Source: Pyrodictium delaneyi (GTDB lineage Archaea > Thermoproteota > Thermoprotei_A > Sulfolobales > Pyrodictiaceae). Taken from it: DNA of 32,000 nt. Of the stretch, positions 7,705 to 16,483 are shown one piece after another (position 1 is the stretch's first letter; every line of letters begins with the position of its first letter). The stretch lies in assembly GCF_001412615.1 (NCBI RefSeq), contig NZ_CP013011.1, forward strand, positions 1,770,001-1,802,000, read 5' to 3'. A program made the translations under genes and the position numbers. The notes beneath the pieces were generated by a model. That model ran no database searches, was not told where the DNA came from, and was given only the letters and a program-made list of their open reading frames with translations.

Positions 7705-10700
7705 ATGAGTGTAACCGACTTCATAGCCAACAAACCGGCCATAGTAGTGATGGCGTGGATACTGATAGCAGTAGTAGCCCTCCCACTCTTTGCCAAGCTT
7801 AGCACCGTGGTGCAAGAACAGCAGTATACTTTACCAGAGAACAGCGAGGCTATGACAGCGTCTAGGCTCATCGAGAAGGTGAAGGGAGGCAGCGACAGCG
7901 TCGGAGTAATAGTAGTAACAGGTGTAGACCTCAGGGACAATAATACGGTGTTAAAGCTCACCATCTGGGGTAACGTGTTCAACGAGACCGTAGCAGGACG
8001 CTACATGTCGGAGATAAAGGCCCTACCAGTCATGCTTGCAGAGGCTAATGCTACCCTCTACCACGCAATGTTAACTGCTGTCACTAACTCCACGGCATAC
8101 GCTAAGCAGCTCTACCGGGCGTTCAACGAGGTAGACAAGGCATATGCCTCAGCCCTAGAAAACGCCACCAGACAAGTAGAGGTCCTCAATCAGAGCATAG
8201 AGGGGATAATGGAGGCCGATAAGGGCTACGCTGAAGCCTACCACGGGCTACTTCAGCTTGCGGAAACACTCAACACAACCATAAACGGCCTAATAGAGCT
8301 TGATAATGCGCTAGCAAATACTACCGAGGGACTCCTAGGGCTAGCCCAGCGGCTGAACGAGACAGCCACGGGACTCCAGAGGCTCGATAGTGTCTACTCG
8401 AAGCTATACCAAGGCCTCGCGGCAAATGCCCCGAGTCTAGTAGCAGTGCTATCCAACAAGACGCTCGTCGAGAGAATGGAGAAAGGGTTAGCGTTTACGT
8501 GGTGGCAAGTGAGCCGCGCTTACTACTATCTAGAAGCATACAACGGGAGCTACGAGGCCTACTCAGAGGTGGCTAATCTCACGACGGTTGATCCGAAGCT
8601 AGCCCCGCTACAGCTTGCGGAGGCGCTGAAGGCGTGGCAGGCTGTGAAACAACTGGTAGCGGAAGGCCTAGACCCCGACACAGCAGCGGCCAAGGTGGCA
8701 GCGAGTATTATTGCTAACCAGACGCCGCCGGAGCTGAGGCAGCTACTACCGGTCTTCACGAACGCATGGCTAGAGGCGCTAGCCCGGGCCAAGGCCGCGA
8801 TGAACGTTACCGTGCTTACAGAGCAGTATCGCTTGCCTCCGGCTAGTGCTGAGAGCCAGCTGGCAGTGCTAGATGCAGCCACAAAAGCGGCTGAGGCAGC
8901 CACGGATAGTATAATCGTGAACAGCACGGCTATCGCTGCACAGCTGCTAGCAGAGCAGCTAGTCTCCCAGGGCATACCACGCGACGCTGCTGAGCTGCTA
9001 GCGGAGAAGGCGGTTCGGGGTACACTCGAGCCCATAGACGTAGCTACCGTCGTGGCAGGGCAGGCAGCGGAGGAGATAGGGCTGCCAGCTCATGCTAAAC
9101 AGCTGCTAGCAGAGATACTCGTAGCCAGCGACCCCCGGGCTGAGGGCGTCCTCGTAGCCAGCCGCGCAGACGCCCTCAACGCTGCGGAGAAGCTCCTCGA
9201 GGCCCTCGGGGCGCCCCGCGAGGCCCTAGACGCTGCCCGGAGGATCCTCGACCAGGAGATGAACCGTAACGTGGCGGCTGAGGAGGCTGCCAAGCTGATA
9301 GAGCAGCAGCTCGACGAGAAGGCAAAGATGCTCCTCGCAACAGTGGTGAGGCTGGACCCCGAGGCACGCGGTCTCCTCGCGCAGAACCCCGAGGAGGCTG
9401 CCAAGGCGGCGGCAGAGATAGTATACAATGCCATGGAGGAGCAGGGCGCTGTCCAGCTTCCCAGAGAAGTGGTCAACCAGCTGGCGCTCCTAGTAGTCCG
9501 CGGTGAGGCGAGCCCCGAGCAGCTACGCAGCCTAGCACTAAGCCTGGTAGAACAGCAAGCAGCGGAGAAGATGGGGCAGGAGCAGGCCCGGCTCCTGGCT
9601 GAGGCTCTCCAGCGCTTCGACCCCGACGCAGCGGGCAGGCTAGCCGATGACCCGGATCTCGCGCTTCAGGCTGTATTCTGGATGGCAGAGCAGCAGGGCC
9701 GGCGTCTACCCTTCACTCCTGAGCAGCTCAGAGAGATGCTAGGCAGCAAGGAGGCTCTGCGCCGCCTAGTTGCCGAGGCTCTTCGCGAGAAAGTGCTAGA
9801 AAATACGCCGGCCGAGGCTAAGCCTTACATGGAGCGGATAATAGAGGTAGTTGTCAGCGAGGGTCCAGGCGTACCCGAGGCGCGGAAGTGGAACGTCATA
9901 GAGGATCTGCTCCGCGAAGCTGCCCGGGAGAAGGCAGACGCTATGAGCATTAACGGGCTTGAGTTGCCGAGCTGGCTACCCGGCCGTATAGCCGAGCTAG
10001 CTGTGGCTGCTGCACGTGGCGAGCTGGCAGTAGAGGAGGCTGCAGAGAAGCTAGCAGAACAACTTCTTCTCGGCACTGTGTACCCGAAGATGCTTAGCGA
10101 GTCCAAGGGTCTGCTCGTGTCCAGTGACTACCAGGCGTTCCTAGTAATGGGCACACCTCTTGGCGTGGATCGTGACGAGCTTGCAAAGAACACAGTAGAG
10201 ACCGGCAAGGTAGCGGAGGAGCTGCTAGGAAGACTCGGTATAGGCTACGAGAAGGTCTATACGAGTGGTAGCGATTTGCTCATGAAGCAGGTGGAGGAGT
10301 ATGCTAGCAAAGACGTAGAGAAGACCAGCAAGTTCAGCGAACTGGGCACGTTCATAGTGCTACTACTCATACTCGAGAGCGTCTTCGCGGTGATACTACC
10401 ATACATGGGCGTCTTCCTCGGGCTAGCAGTAGGCGGCGCCCTCGTATACCTGGCAGCGAGCAACGGCTGGATAGACGTAACCTCTACATCACATTCATTG
10501 ATGATAACTACGGCGCTCGGCCTAGGCGCCGACTATGCGGGCTACATCGTGCACAGGTTCCGCGAAGAATACGCAGTGCTACGCGATCCCCGCGAGGCCT
10601 CCCGCCGTGCCCTAAGGAGGGCAGGGCCAGCGGTAGTAGCCAGCGCCCTAACTGTAATCATAGGCTTCGGTAGCCTACTACTAGGCTGGGATATCGGGTT

Positions 10701-11964
10701 CCTCCGGAGCATGGGAGAGACCATACCGCTAACCGTAGCTGCCACAGCGCTCGCCAGCCTGACGCTCGTGCCAGCATTGCTATCGATACTCGGCGGCCGG
10801 AGCTGGTTCTGGTGGCCGAGAAAACCGAGCCCAGAGAGACACGTAGGCCGCGAGAGCAAAGTGATGAAGGCACTCATACGCTATGAGCCACTACTATTAG
10901 CAGTAATCCTCGTCGCCATCGCTGGCTCAGCATACTTCTACGTCACCTTCGAGGGCAGCCACGACATGAAGCTCATGCTCCCCGACAACGCGCCAGCCCT
11001 AGAAGCATTCGATGTACTCAAGGAGAAGTTCACGCCCGGCGTAACTGACCCCGTCTACGTGATAGCAGTGCTCCCGCAGAGCATCTGGAGCAGTAACGCC
11101 ACAGCTGAGGCACTAGACGGGCTTGCCGCCAGGATAGCCGAGGTACCCGGCGTAGCTAAGGTCATGGCGCCGACTAGGCCCATGGGCGAGAAGGTGAGCA
11201 TCGAAGAGGCCAAGCAGATGGGCGGAGAGAAGCTAGCTAGCAGCGATGGCAGGATAGCGGTAATCCAGGTGATACTCGACGTAGACCCCTACAGCCGCAA
11301 AGGCGAAGAAACCGTGAAAACGATACACGATATTGTACACAGCTACGCCGAGCAGCACGGGTTCAAAGCCTACGTGGGTGGTGCGCCCTATGCTGTGCTA
11401 GAGATGGACCAGCTGCTACACGACCGCTACTACCGCCGCATACTCCCCGCCGCAAGCCTCCTAATGGTGATGGTGTTTACCGGTATCTTCGGCAGCCTAG
11501 TGGCGAGCATAGCAGCACTCCTAGTAATCATAGGCGCTGCTATGATGGGTATTGCGGCTAGCGTGATACTATTCCAGGATATCCTGGGCAAGCCGGTGCT
11601 ATGGTTTCTACACATAGTATCGATGATAGCTGTGCTAGGCGTAGGCATGGACTACAACAGCTTCTTCCTAGCACGCGCCCTGGAGGAATTCCATCGCAGC
11701 GGCGGCGACTCGAAGAAAGCAGTCGTGCGCGCTGCTGGTGCAGTCAGTACCTTCGTAGTAGGCCTAGCGCTAGTAGTGACGAGCGCCTATCTCGCGCTAA
11801 TGACTGCCAGTAACATAGGCATGAGGGAAATGGGCTTCACGCTGGCAGTAACAGTACTCCTAGCGGGCTTAATGGCGGCCTACCTCTTGACGCCGTTGAT
11901 AGTGTCGCTGCTAGGCCGCCGTGCATGGTGGCCTTGGGGGCTACAGAAGCGTATCGAGCACTAA
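7705..11964 (+). CDS. MMPL/RND-superfamily membrane transporter with a hugely expanded first extracytoplasmic domain
   Basis: 1419-aa ORF starting at ATG 7705, preceded by GGTGA (7694-7698). It has the MMPL-type N-terminus (TM1, then LPENSEAMTASRLIEKVKGG). Two TM blocks are present: LGADYAGYIVHRFREEY and GVGMDYNSFFLARALEEF. The loop between TM1 and TM2 is roughly 850 aa by my coordinate count; the second loop is roughly 165 aa. Confidence 0.8.
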   Translation: MSVTDFIANKPAIVVMAWILIAVVALPLFAKLSTVVQEQQYTLPENSEAMTASRLIEKVKGGSDSVGVIVVTGVDLRDNNTVLKLTIWGNVFNETVAGRYMSEIKALPVMLAEANATLYHAMLTAVTNSTAYAKQLYRAFNEVDKAYASALENATRQVEVLNQSIEGIMEADKGYAEAYHGLLQLAETLNTTINGLIELDNALANTTEGLLGLAQRLNETATGLQRLDSVYSKLYQGLAANAPSLVAVLSNKTLVERMEKGLAFTWWQVSRAYYYLEAYNGSYEAYSEVANLTTVDPKLAPLQLAEALKAWQAVKQLVAEGLDPDTAAAKVAASIIANQTPPELRQLLPVFTNAWLEALARAKAAMNVTVLTEQYRLPPASAESQLAVLDAATKAAEAATDSIIVNSTAIAAQLLAEQLVSQGIPRDAAELLAEKAVRGTLEPIDVATVVAGQAAEEIGLPAHAKQLLAEILVASDPRAEGVLVASRADALNAAEKLLEALGAPREALDAARRILDQEMNRNVAAEEAAKLIEQQLDEKAKMLLATVVRLDPEARGLLAQNPEEAAKAAAEIVYNAMEEQGAVQLPREVVNQLALLVVRGEASPEQLRSLALSLVEQQAAEKMGQEQARLLAEALQRFDPDAAGRLADDPDLALQAVFWMAEQQGRRLPFTPEQLREMLGSKEALRRLVAEALREKVLENTPAEAKPYMERIIEVVVSEGPGVPEARKWNVIEDLLREAAREKADAMSINGLELPSWLPGRIAELAVAAARGELAVEEAAEKLAEQLLLGTVYPKMLSESKGLLVSSDYQAFLVMGTPLGVDRDELAKNTVETGKVAEELLGRLGIGYEKVYTSGSDLLMKQVEEYASKDVEKTSKFSELGTFIVLLLILESVFAVILPYMGVFLGLAVGGALVYLAASNGWIDVTSTSHSLMITTALGLGADYAGYIVHRFREEYAVLRDPREASRRALRRAGPAVVASALTVIIGFGSLLLGWDIGFLRSMGETIPLTVAATALASLTLVPALLSILGGRSWFWWPRKPSPERHVGRESKVMKALIRYEPLLLAVILVAIAGSAYFYVTFEGSHDMKLMLPDNAPALEAFDVLKEKFTPGVTDPVYVIAVLPQSIWSSNATAEALDGLAARIAEVPGVAKVMAPTRPMGEKVSIEEAKQMGGEKLASSDGRIAVIQVILDVDPYSRKGEETVKTIHDIVHSYAEQHGFKAYVGGAPYAVLEMDQLLHDRYYRRILPAASLLMVMVFTGIFGSLVASIAALLVIIGAAMMGIAASVILFQDILGKPVLWFLHIVSMIAVLGVGMDYNSFFLARALEEFHRSGGDSKKAVVRAAGAVSTFVVGLALVVTSAYLALMTASNIGMREMGFTLAVTVLLAGLMAAYLLTPLIVSLLGRRAWWPWGLQKRIEH

Positions 11965-11980
11965 GCCTAGCTCATCTGCA

Positions 11981-11985
11981 TTTTT
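11981..11985 (+). terminator. Oligo-T tract after the MMPL gene
   Basis: A TTTTT run 17 nt after the stop at 11964. Archaeal terminators are typically oligo-T. Confidence 0.3.
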
Positions 11986-12238
11986 AGCCGTGCAGTACAA
12001 TAATCCCTCATCTAGAAACCCTTAACCATATTCTAGTGTCCCGGCTTTTCCAGCTTATCGGATTCTCTCGGCTAGGCCCACAGGTGAAACACTTATAACA
12101 TGTTTACACAGGCCTGCACTAGATCTTAGAGCTACGTAACCTCGGTGGGCGGTACAATAATGTACAACCTGTGTATGTATACCACGTTCTCCCCGCCGGC
12201 AACTGGGTAGTCTCTGGAGTCCGGGGGTGCAGTAGATA

Positions 12239-13213
12239 GTGCCGGTAATGCATTCATTTGTTGCTAGGGAGCCCTTAGCGGATTGTGGACGGTTGCTGGA
12301 GAGCCTAGAACCACTAGAGATAGCTGAGCACTTGAAGTTGCTACCAGTAGACAGCATCTCATCTAAGAAAGATAAAATAAGAATAGTCTACATACATAAT
12401 CCCAATGCAAGATTTGGTGGCAAGGCTAAGGTCGAGGTCACTCTTGATCGTGGCAGGAATAGCTTCCGCCTAAATGGGAAAGGTCCTATCTCCTTCGAGA
12501 TTAGACTTAATTGTTTCAATGATGCCCTCACGATATACTTCGTTGTAACCGGCAAACTCATAGACCTGGTTCCCGAGGAGAAAGCACGTGAGATATTCAA
12601 CAAAATACTAGACTATATATTTGCCAAAGCTAATACACTGGGGCTTCTTCCCCGAGAGACCGGCTATACGCCCATCTCCGAAGCCCTAGGCTATGAAACA
12701 GCGCTACCCGTGTCGGCAGATGTAGAGCCAACAGCGATACCCCAGCAAGCTAACGTAGCCTCAGGCCACGAAGTAGGCCAAACCTCGGCTATAGTGCAGC
12801 AGACCCCGGGATTAACCGACTTATCACCTATGCAAGAGACCAGTGGCACTAGTATAGAGGACGCTGGTTGTGTCGAGAAACTGCTCACAGCTGGGCTCCC
12901 TCTAGACGAGGAACTCTCAAGGATGATACCTATAGACTACCACTACCGGGCCCGCTTCGGCAGGCTTGTTGAGGACGGCCGGACAGACCCCTTCACCACC
13001 GACCTGACGGCTTACCGCGATGGCTATGTGGTACGGTTCGTTACAGGCGACCACTTCATAGAATCTGTCCGAGTTGATGGTCGTGCTGGCATATACTATC
13101 GGAACGACTCTACCGGCGAGGCCTTAACTGGAAGCGAGGCGCTAGCTCGCGCGGAGGAAGTGCTATGCAAGGGTGGTGCACGTGCCACCTATGTTGTAAT
13201 AAAGATAGAGTAG
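12239..13213 (+). CDS. Two-domain hypothetical protein (AT-rich N-domain, disordered linker, small C-terminal domain shared with the ORF at 26668-27036)
   Basis: 324-aa ORF starting at GTG 12239 or ATG 12248. It has a Q/T/S/P-rich linker (about 12700-12850). The C-terminal segment DGYVVRFVTGDHFIESVRVDGRAGIYYRNDSTGEALTGSEALARAEEVL resembles TGFACVEYENGHTLGLAVVDGVVFGAYLEDPGGAPSWGEAALGEAEALW in the 122-aa protein. Confidence 0.55.
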   Translation: MPVMHSFVAREPLADCGRLLESLEPLEIAEHLKLLPVDSISSKKDKIRIVYIHNPNARFGGKAKVEVTLDRGRNSFRLNGKGPISFEIRLNCFNDALTIYFVVTGKLIDLVPEEKAREIFNKILDYIFAKANTLGLLPRETGYTPISEALGYETALPVSADVEPTAIPQQANVASGHEVGQTSAIVQQTPGLTDLSPMQETSGTSIEDAGCVEKLLTAGLPLDEELSRMIPIDYHYRARFGRLVEDGRTDPFTTDLTAYRDGYVVRFVTGDHFIESVRVDGRAGIYYRNDSTGEALTGSEALARAEEVLCKGGARATYVVIKIE

Positions 13214-13242
13214 AGACGGGTAGAATGTTGGCACTAGACGTG

Positions 13243-14463
13243 TTAGTCTAGGATTCGGCGTATGAGCAGACGATACGCCTTTACAGCTCTTTCTAGCTCG
13301 TCTAGAGGGATATATTCGTCGGGCATGTGGGCTGCATCTAGCGCGCCAGGCCCGTATGTGACTGCCGGTATGCCCCTCTCCTGGAAGTAGCGTGTATCAA
13401 GGCCGCCGATACATATAGTCCTGGCAGGCTCGATCCCTGTTGCCTCCCGGACAGCCTCAGCCACAGTATCTACGAAGGGGTGGTCGGGAGGTATCGAGGT
13501 CGCAGCAGCCTTCCCGGTAGTCTCTACCTCGACGCGGTAGCCCTTCTCTATGAGGCCCTGGGCGGCCTCCATGATGAAGCTTCGCAGCTCCTCCTCTACT
13601 TTGTCGGGATCCTCGCCAGGTATCAGCCTGCGATCTATGCTAAACCTGTAATAGCCCGGCACAACGTTGGTCTTAGCGCCTCCCTCGACCTCGCCGCCAA
13701 TGGTTATTGTCGGGCTAGCAGCCCGGGGGTCATCCATCGGCAGGTCTGTTTTCCTCTCGGCTAGTCTAGGCTTATACTCGTGGATAATCCGGTGAGCTAT
13801 CTCTACCATGGCCTCGAACGCGTTGAGCCCTAGCCAGGGCGCCGAGCCGTGGGCCTGCCGGCCGTAAACATGTACGTTCATCCAGACGGCGCCTCGGCTA
13901 CCGATCCATATCTTGTAGGTAGTGCTAGGCTCAGCAACTACAGCATAATCTGGAAGTACGAGGCCTTCTTCAAGCATATAGCCCACGCCTGTTTCGCCGC
14001 CCGTCTCCTCGTCAGGAGTGAAGCTTAGCTCGAGGCTTCCCTGTCTAGGTCTCCACCCCTCCTCTATAAGGCTCCTCACAGCAGCTATTATCGCCGCTAT
14101 GCCGCCCTTCATGTCCGAGGCTCCACGGCCGTAAAGCTTCCCGTCCTCGATAACCGGGTCGAATGGATCCCGGGTCCACCCCTGTCCCGGCGGCACAACA
14201 TCGTAATGCCCGTTGAAGTGGAGTACTGGCCTGTCCTCGCCGAGCCTAGCCAGGACTATGTAGCGGGGATACCCCCGGGCCCATGGATGAATCTTCTCTA
14301 CCAGCTCATCAGGGACCCGTATGACCTGCACGTCTAGGCCGATAGCTTCGAGTTCGTCTCTCAGAACGTCAGCCATCTCAGCGTAGTGTTCGCCAGGGGG
14401 ATTTACAGTAGGGATCCTAATAAGCTGCTGAAGGAGGCGCACGACGTAGCTGTCGGCGCTCAT
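13243..14463 (-). CDS. M20-family metallohydrolase (ArgE/DapE/LysK/carboxypeptidase-type)
   Basis: 406-aa ORF with an ATG start. Family motifs are present: LHFNGHYDVVP, GRGASDMKGG, DEETGG and a dimerisation-domain insert. Confidence 0.85.
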   Translation of the reverse strand: MSADSYVVRLLQQLIRIPTVNPPGEHYAEMADVLRDELEAIGLDVQVIRVPDELVEKIHPWARGYPRYIVLARLGEDRPVLHFNGHYDVVPPGQGWTRDPFDPVIEDGKLYGRGASDMKGGIAAIIAAVRSLIEEGWRPRQGSLELSFTPDEETGGETGVGYMLEEGLVLPDYAVVAEPSTTYKIWIGSRGAVWMNVHVYGRQAHGSAPWLGLNAFEAMVEIAHRIIHEYKPRLAERKTDLPMDDPRAASPTITIGGEVEGGAKTNVVPGYYRFSIDRRLIPGEDPDKVEEELRSFIMEAAQGLIEKGYRVEVETTGKAAATSIPPDHPFVDTVAEAVREATGIEPARTICIGGLDTRYFQERGIPAVTYGPGALDAAHMPDEYIPLDELERAVKAYRLLIRRILD

Positions 14464-14705
14464 CAGCTCATCCTCAAGGTGTCAAGCTTACAGCCCGGGC
14501 GGTTATTATAGTACTAGGAAAGTTCAAGAACACGCCGTCGATATACGTTAATTGACAGCACCTCATAGAGCTATATGTACACCCAGTCACAGGGGGCATG
14601 AGGCCTAACTCCCTACCCGGTTTTAAGCTATGAGGCGTGGTGCCACGGGGGCGCCGGGCTTACCCGCTTCTCCGGAGTGTAAGTGAGACACTGGCGCTGA
14701 GAGCC

Positions 14706-15365
14706 ATGGCTAGAGTAGAGGACTTCGCAAAGGCCTGGAACCCTCAGCCCAAGGGCCCCGGCGTCATAGACAAGATACGTAACACGATCAACCCTCCGCC
14801 ACCACTACGTCACAAGCTTGCTATGGCGCTTTACAAGCTACGTGTCCAGAACAACAGGCTAGAATACATAATAGCTAAGATGAAGGAGCGCGACCAGGCA
14901 CTATTCGAGAAGGTCGTACAAGCCCAGATAGAGAAGGACACCACCCGCGCTGCTATGTATGCTGCTGAGGTGGCAGAACTCCGCAAGATGATAAAGAGCC
15001 TACTGACAGCCAAGTACGCGATAGAGAGGGTAGCACTAAGGCTAGAGACCGTAATGACGATGGGCGACGTACTAGTCGGCCTAGCCCCGGTAGTAGGCGT
15101 GATCAAGGATCTACGCCGCTACCTAACCGGCCTAGTGCCCGAGATAGGCCTGGAGATGGCCGAGATAGGCGAGATGCTAGAGAGCGTAGTAACCGAGGCT
15201 GGCGAGTTCACAAGCTTCATGAGTGTGCCGACAGTCTACAACGAGGAAGCCAGGAAGATCATGGAAGAGGCTGCTGCGGTAGCAGAACAGCGCATGAAGG
15301 CCGAGTTCCCAGAACTACCCAGTGCGTTCCCCAGCCCCACAGGCAGCCAGCAGGAGAACAAGTAA
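14706..15365 (+). CDS. ESCRT-III (Snf7/CdvB-family) protein, paralog without a C-terminal winged helix
   Basis: The track ORF starts at GTG 14637; ATG 14706 (MARVEDF) is the likelier start. The Snf7 core reads LRHKLAMALYKLRVQNNRLEYIIAKMKERDQALFEKVVQAQIEKDTTRAAMYAAEVAELRKMIKSLLTAKYAIERVALRLETVMTMGDVLVGLAPVVGVIKDLRRYL. The Pro-rich tail is EFPELPSAFPSP. Confidence 0.8.
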   Translation: MARVEDFAKAWNPQPKGPGVIDKIRNTINPPPPLRHKLAMALYKLRVQNNRLEYIIAKMKERDQALFEKVVQAQIEKDTTRAAMYAAEVAELRKMIKSLLTAKYAIERVALRLETVMTMGDVLVGLAPVVGVIKDLRRYLTGLVPEIGLEMAEIGEMLESVVTEAGEFTSFMSVPTVYNEEARKIMEEAAAVAEQRMKAEFPELPSAFPSPTGSQQENK

Positions 15366-15414
15366 CCCTCATACCAGCTATTATTACCAGCCCCTATCCG
15401 GGGCCCATATTGTC

Positions 15415-15432
15415 AATGGGAGTCCCATTTTT
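15415..15432 (+). terminator. Short hairpin plus T5 tract after the ESCRT-III gene
   Basis: ATGGG-aagt-CCCAT is followed directly by TTTT(T), 50 nt after the stop at 15365, between convergent genes. Confidence 0.35.
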
Positions 15433-15481
15433 ACCAAAAGAACCATTCTACTATCACATCTTCCCCTAGAGGCCTTCAGCG

Positions 15482-16483
15482 TTACTCCCTTTTGCACCCA
15501 TGTTTGATCTTGAGTATGTAGTCTCCTAGAGCTTCTGCGTCCCTAAGACTGCTCGGCGGCCGGCTCATATGGGCTATCACAGCTAGGCTCGGCGACGGTC
15601 TGAGGCTACACCTAATCTCCTCAAGTCTCGTAAGGGCTTGTCTCTCCATCTCCTCTAGGCCTAGCTGCTGTGCACGCTCGCCGAGTACACGGTTAGCCAC
15701 GATCATCTTCAGCGCTACTCTGTGCTCCTGCAGCTTCTTGGCTATGACGCTGACCTCGTAGACAGGCAGAGGCTCTGGAGTAGCTACTGCTACAACGCTC
15801 GTTCGGAGGGGATCTTCTATCTCGCCTAGAAGGCCTTGATAACGGCTCCTCAGCTCTTCGAGCCTCCGTAGAACCGGGTCATCGGCTTCAGCGTGGCGCC
15901 CTAGCGCGTTAGCTATAGCATACTTTATCGACACGATCTTCTCCCTTAACTCTCTTAGTCTCTCTACCCAGAAAAGGTGGAGCCGTGGAAGCGCGACAAC
16001 ACGTAACGCTATACCCGTGGGAGGCATGTCAACTATAACCACGTCTACGTCGCGTCGCTCATAGAGACTAGATAGTATCCTTAGAAACACCTCCTCCTCG
16101 AATCCTGGCGCCTCTCTCACGGTCTCAACTACGTCCTCTACACCGAGTGCCTGGAGGCCGGGCATAAGGCGGCGGAGCAGCAACGAGTATTCTTCGGCTA
16201 CCTTCCGCGCGAGGCCATCGACCTCATACTGTATAGCCCTTATTCCTGGAGCCGCCTCGACCTCGCGGAGAGGGCCCGGAAGCCCAAGATACTCTAGCAA
16301 ATGGCCAGCAGGATCCAGGCTCGCAAGCAGGACACGGCGTCCCAACCTAGCTAGCTCTATTGCAAGCCGGAGCCCTACTGTGGTCTTACCTACACCACCC
16401 TTGCCCATGATCATTATTACGTGTGGTAGCCTCCATACCCTCTGGTCTAGCCCGTCGATGAGCTGCGGCAATGTCCTTACCAC
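15482..16483 (-). CDS. ArsA/Get3(TRC40)-family P-loop ATPase, single-domain
   Basis: 333-aa ORF with a GTG start. It has the deviant Walker A GKGGVGKTT, DPAGHL (switch I region) and VDMPPTGIALR (matching DTAPTGHT). Confidence 0.85.
   Translation of the reverse strand: MVRTLPQLIDGLDQRVWRLPHVIMIMGKGGVGKTTVGLRLAIELARLGRRVLLASLDPAGHLLEYLGLPGPLREVEAAPGIRAIQYEVDGLARKVAEEYSLLLRRLMPGLQALGVEDVVETVREAPGFEEEVFLRILSSLYERRDVDVVIVDMPPTGIALRVVALPRLHLFWVERLRELREKIVSIKYAIANALGRHAEADDPVLRRLEELRSRYQGLLGEIEDPLRTSVVAVATPEPLPVYEVSVIAKKLQEHRVALKMIVANRVLGERAQQLGLEEMERQALTRLEEIRCSLRPSPSLAVIAHMSRPPSSLRDAEALGDYILKIKHGCKRE

Noticed and set aside
8559-10877. Series of long antisense and alternate-frame ORFs inside the MMPL gene (8559-9035, 9090-9476, 9176-9367, 9825-10106, 10257-10463, 10542-10877)
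   Set aside because: Their translations are Ala/Ser/Arg/Pro low complexity. That is the expected mirror of a GC-rich Ala/Glu/Leu coding region, and the sense frame carries clear MMPL family features.
12055-12357. 100-aa minus-strand ORF across the spacer and the start of the 324-aa gene
   Set aside because: It is Ser/Arg/Cys-rich with no motif. It overlaps the start of the plus-strand gene and the palindromic spacer.
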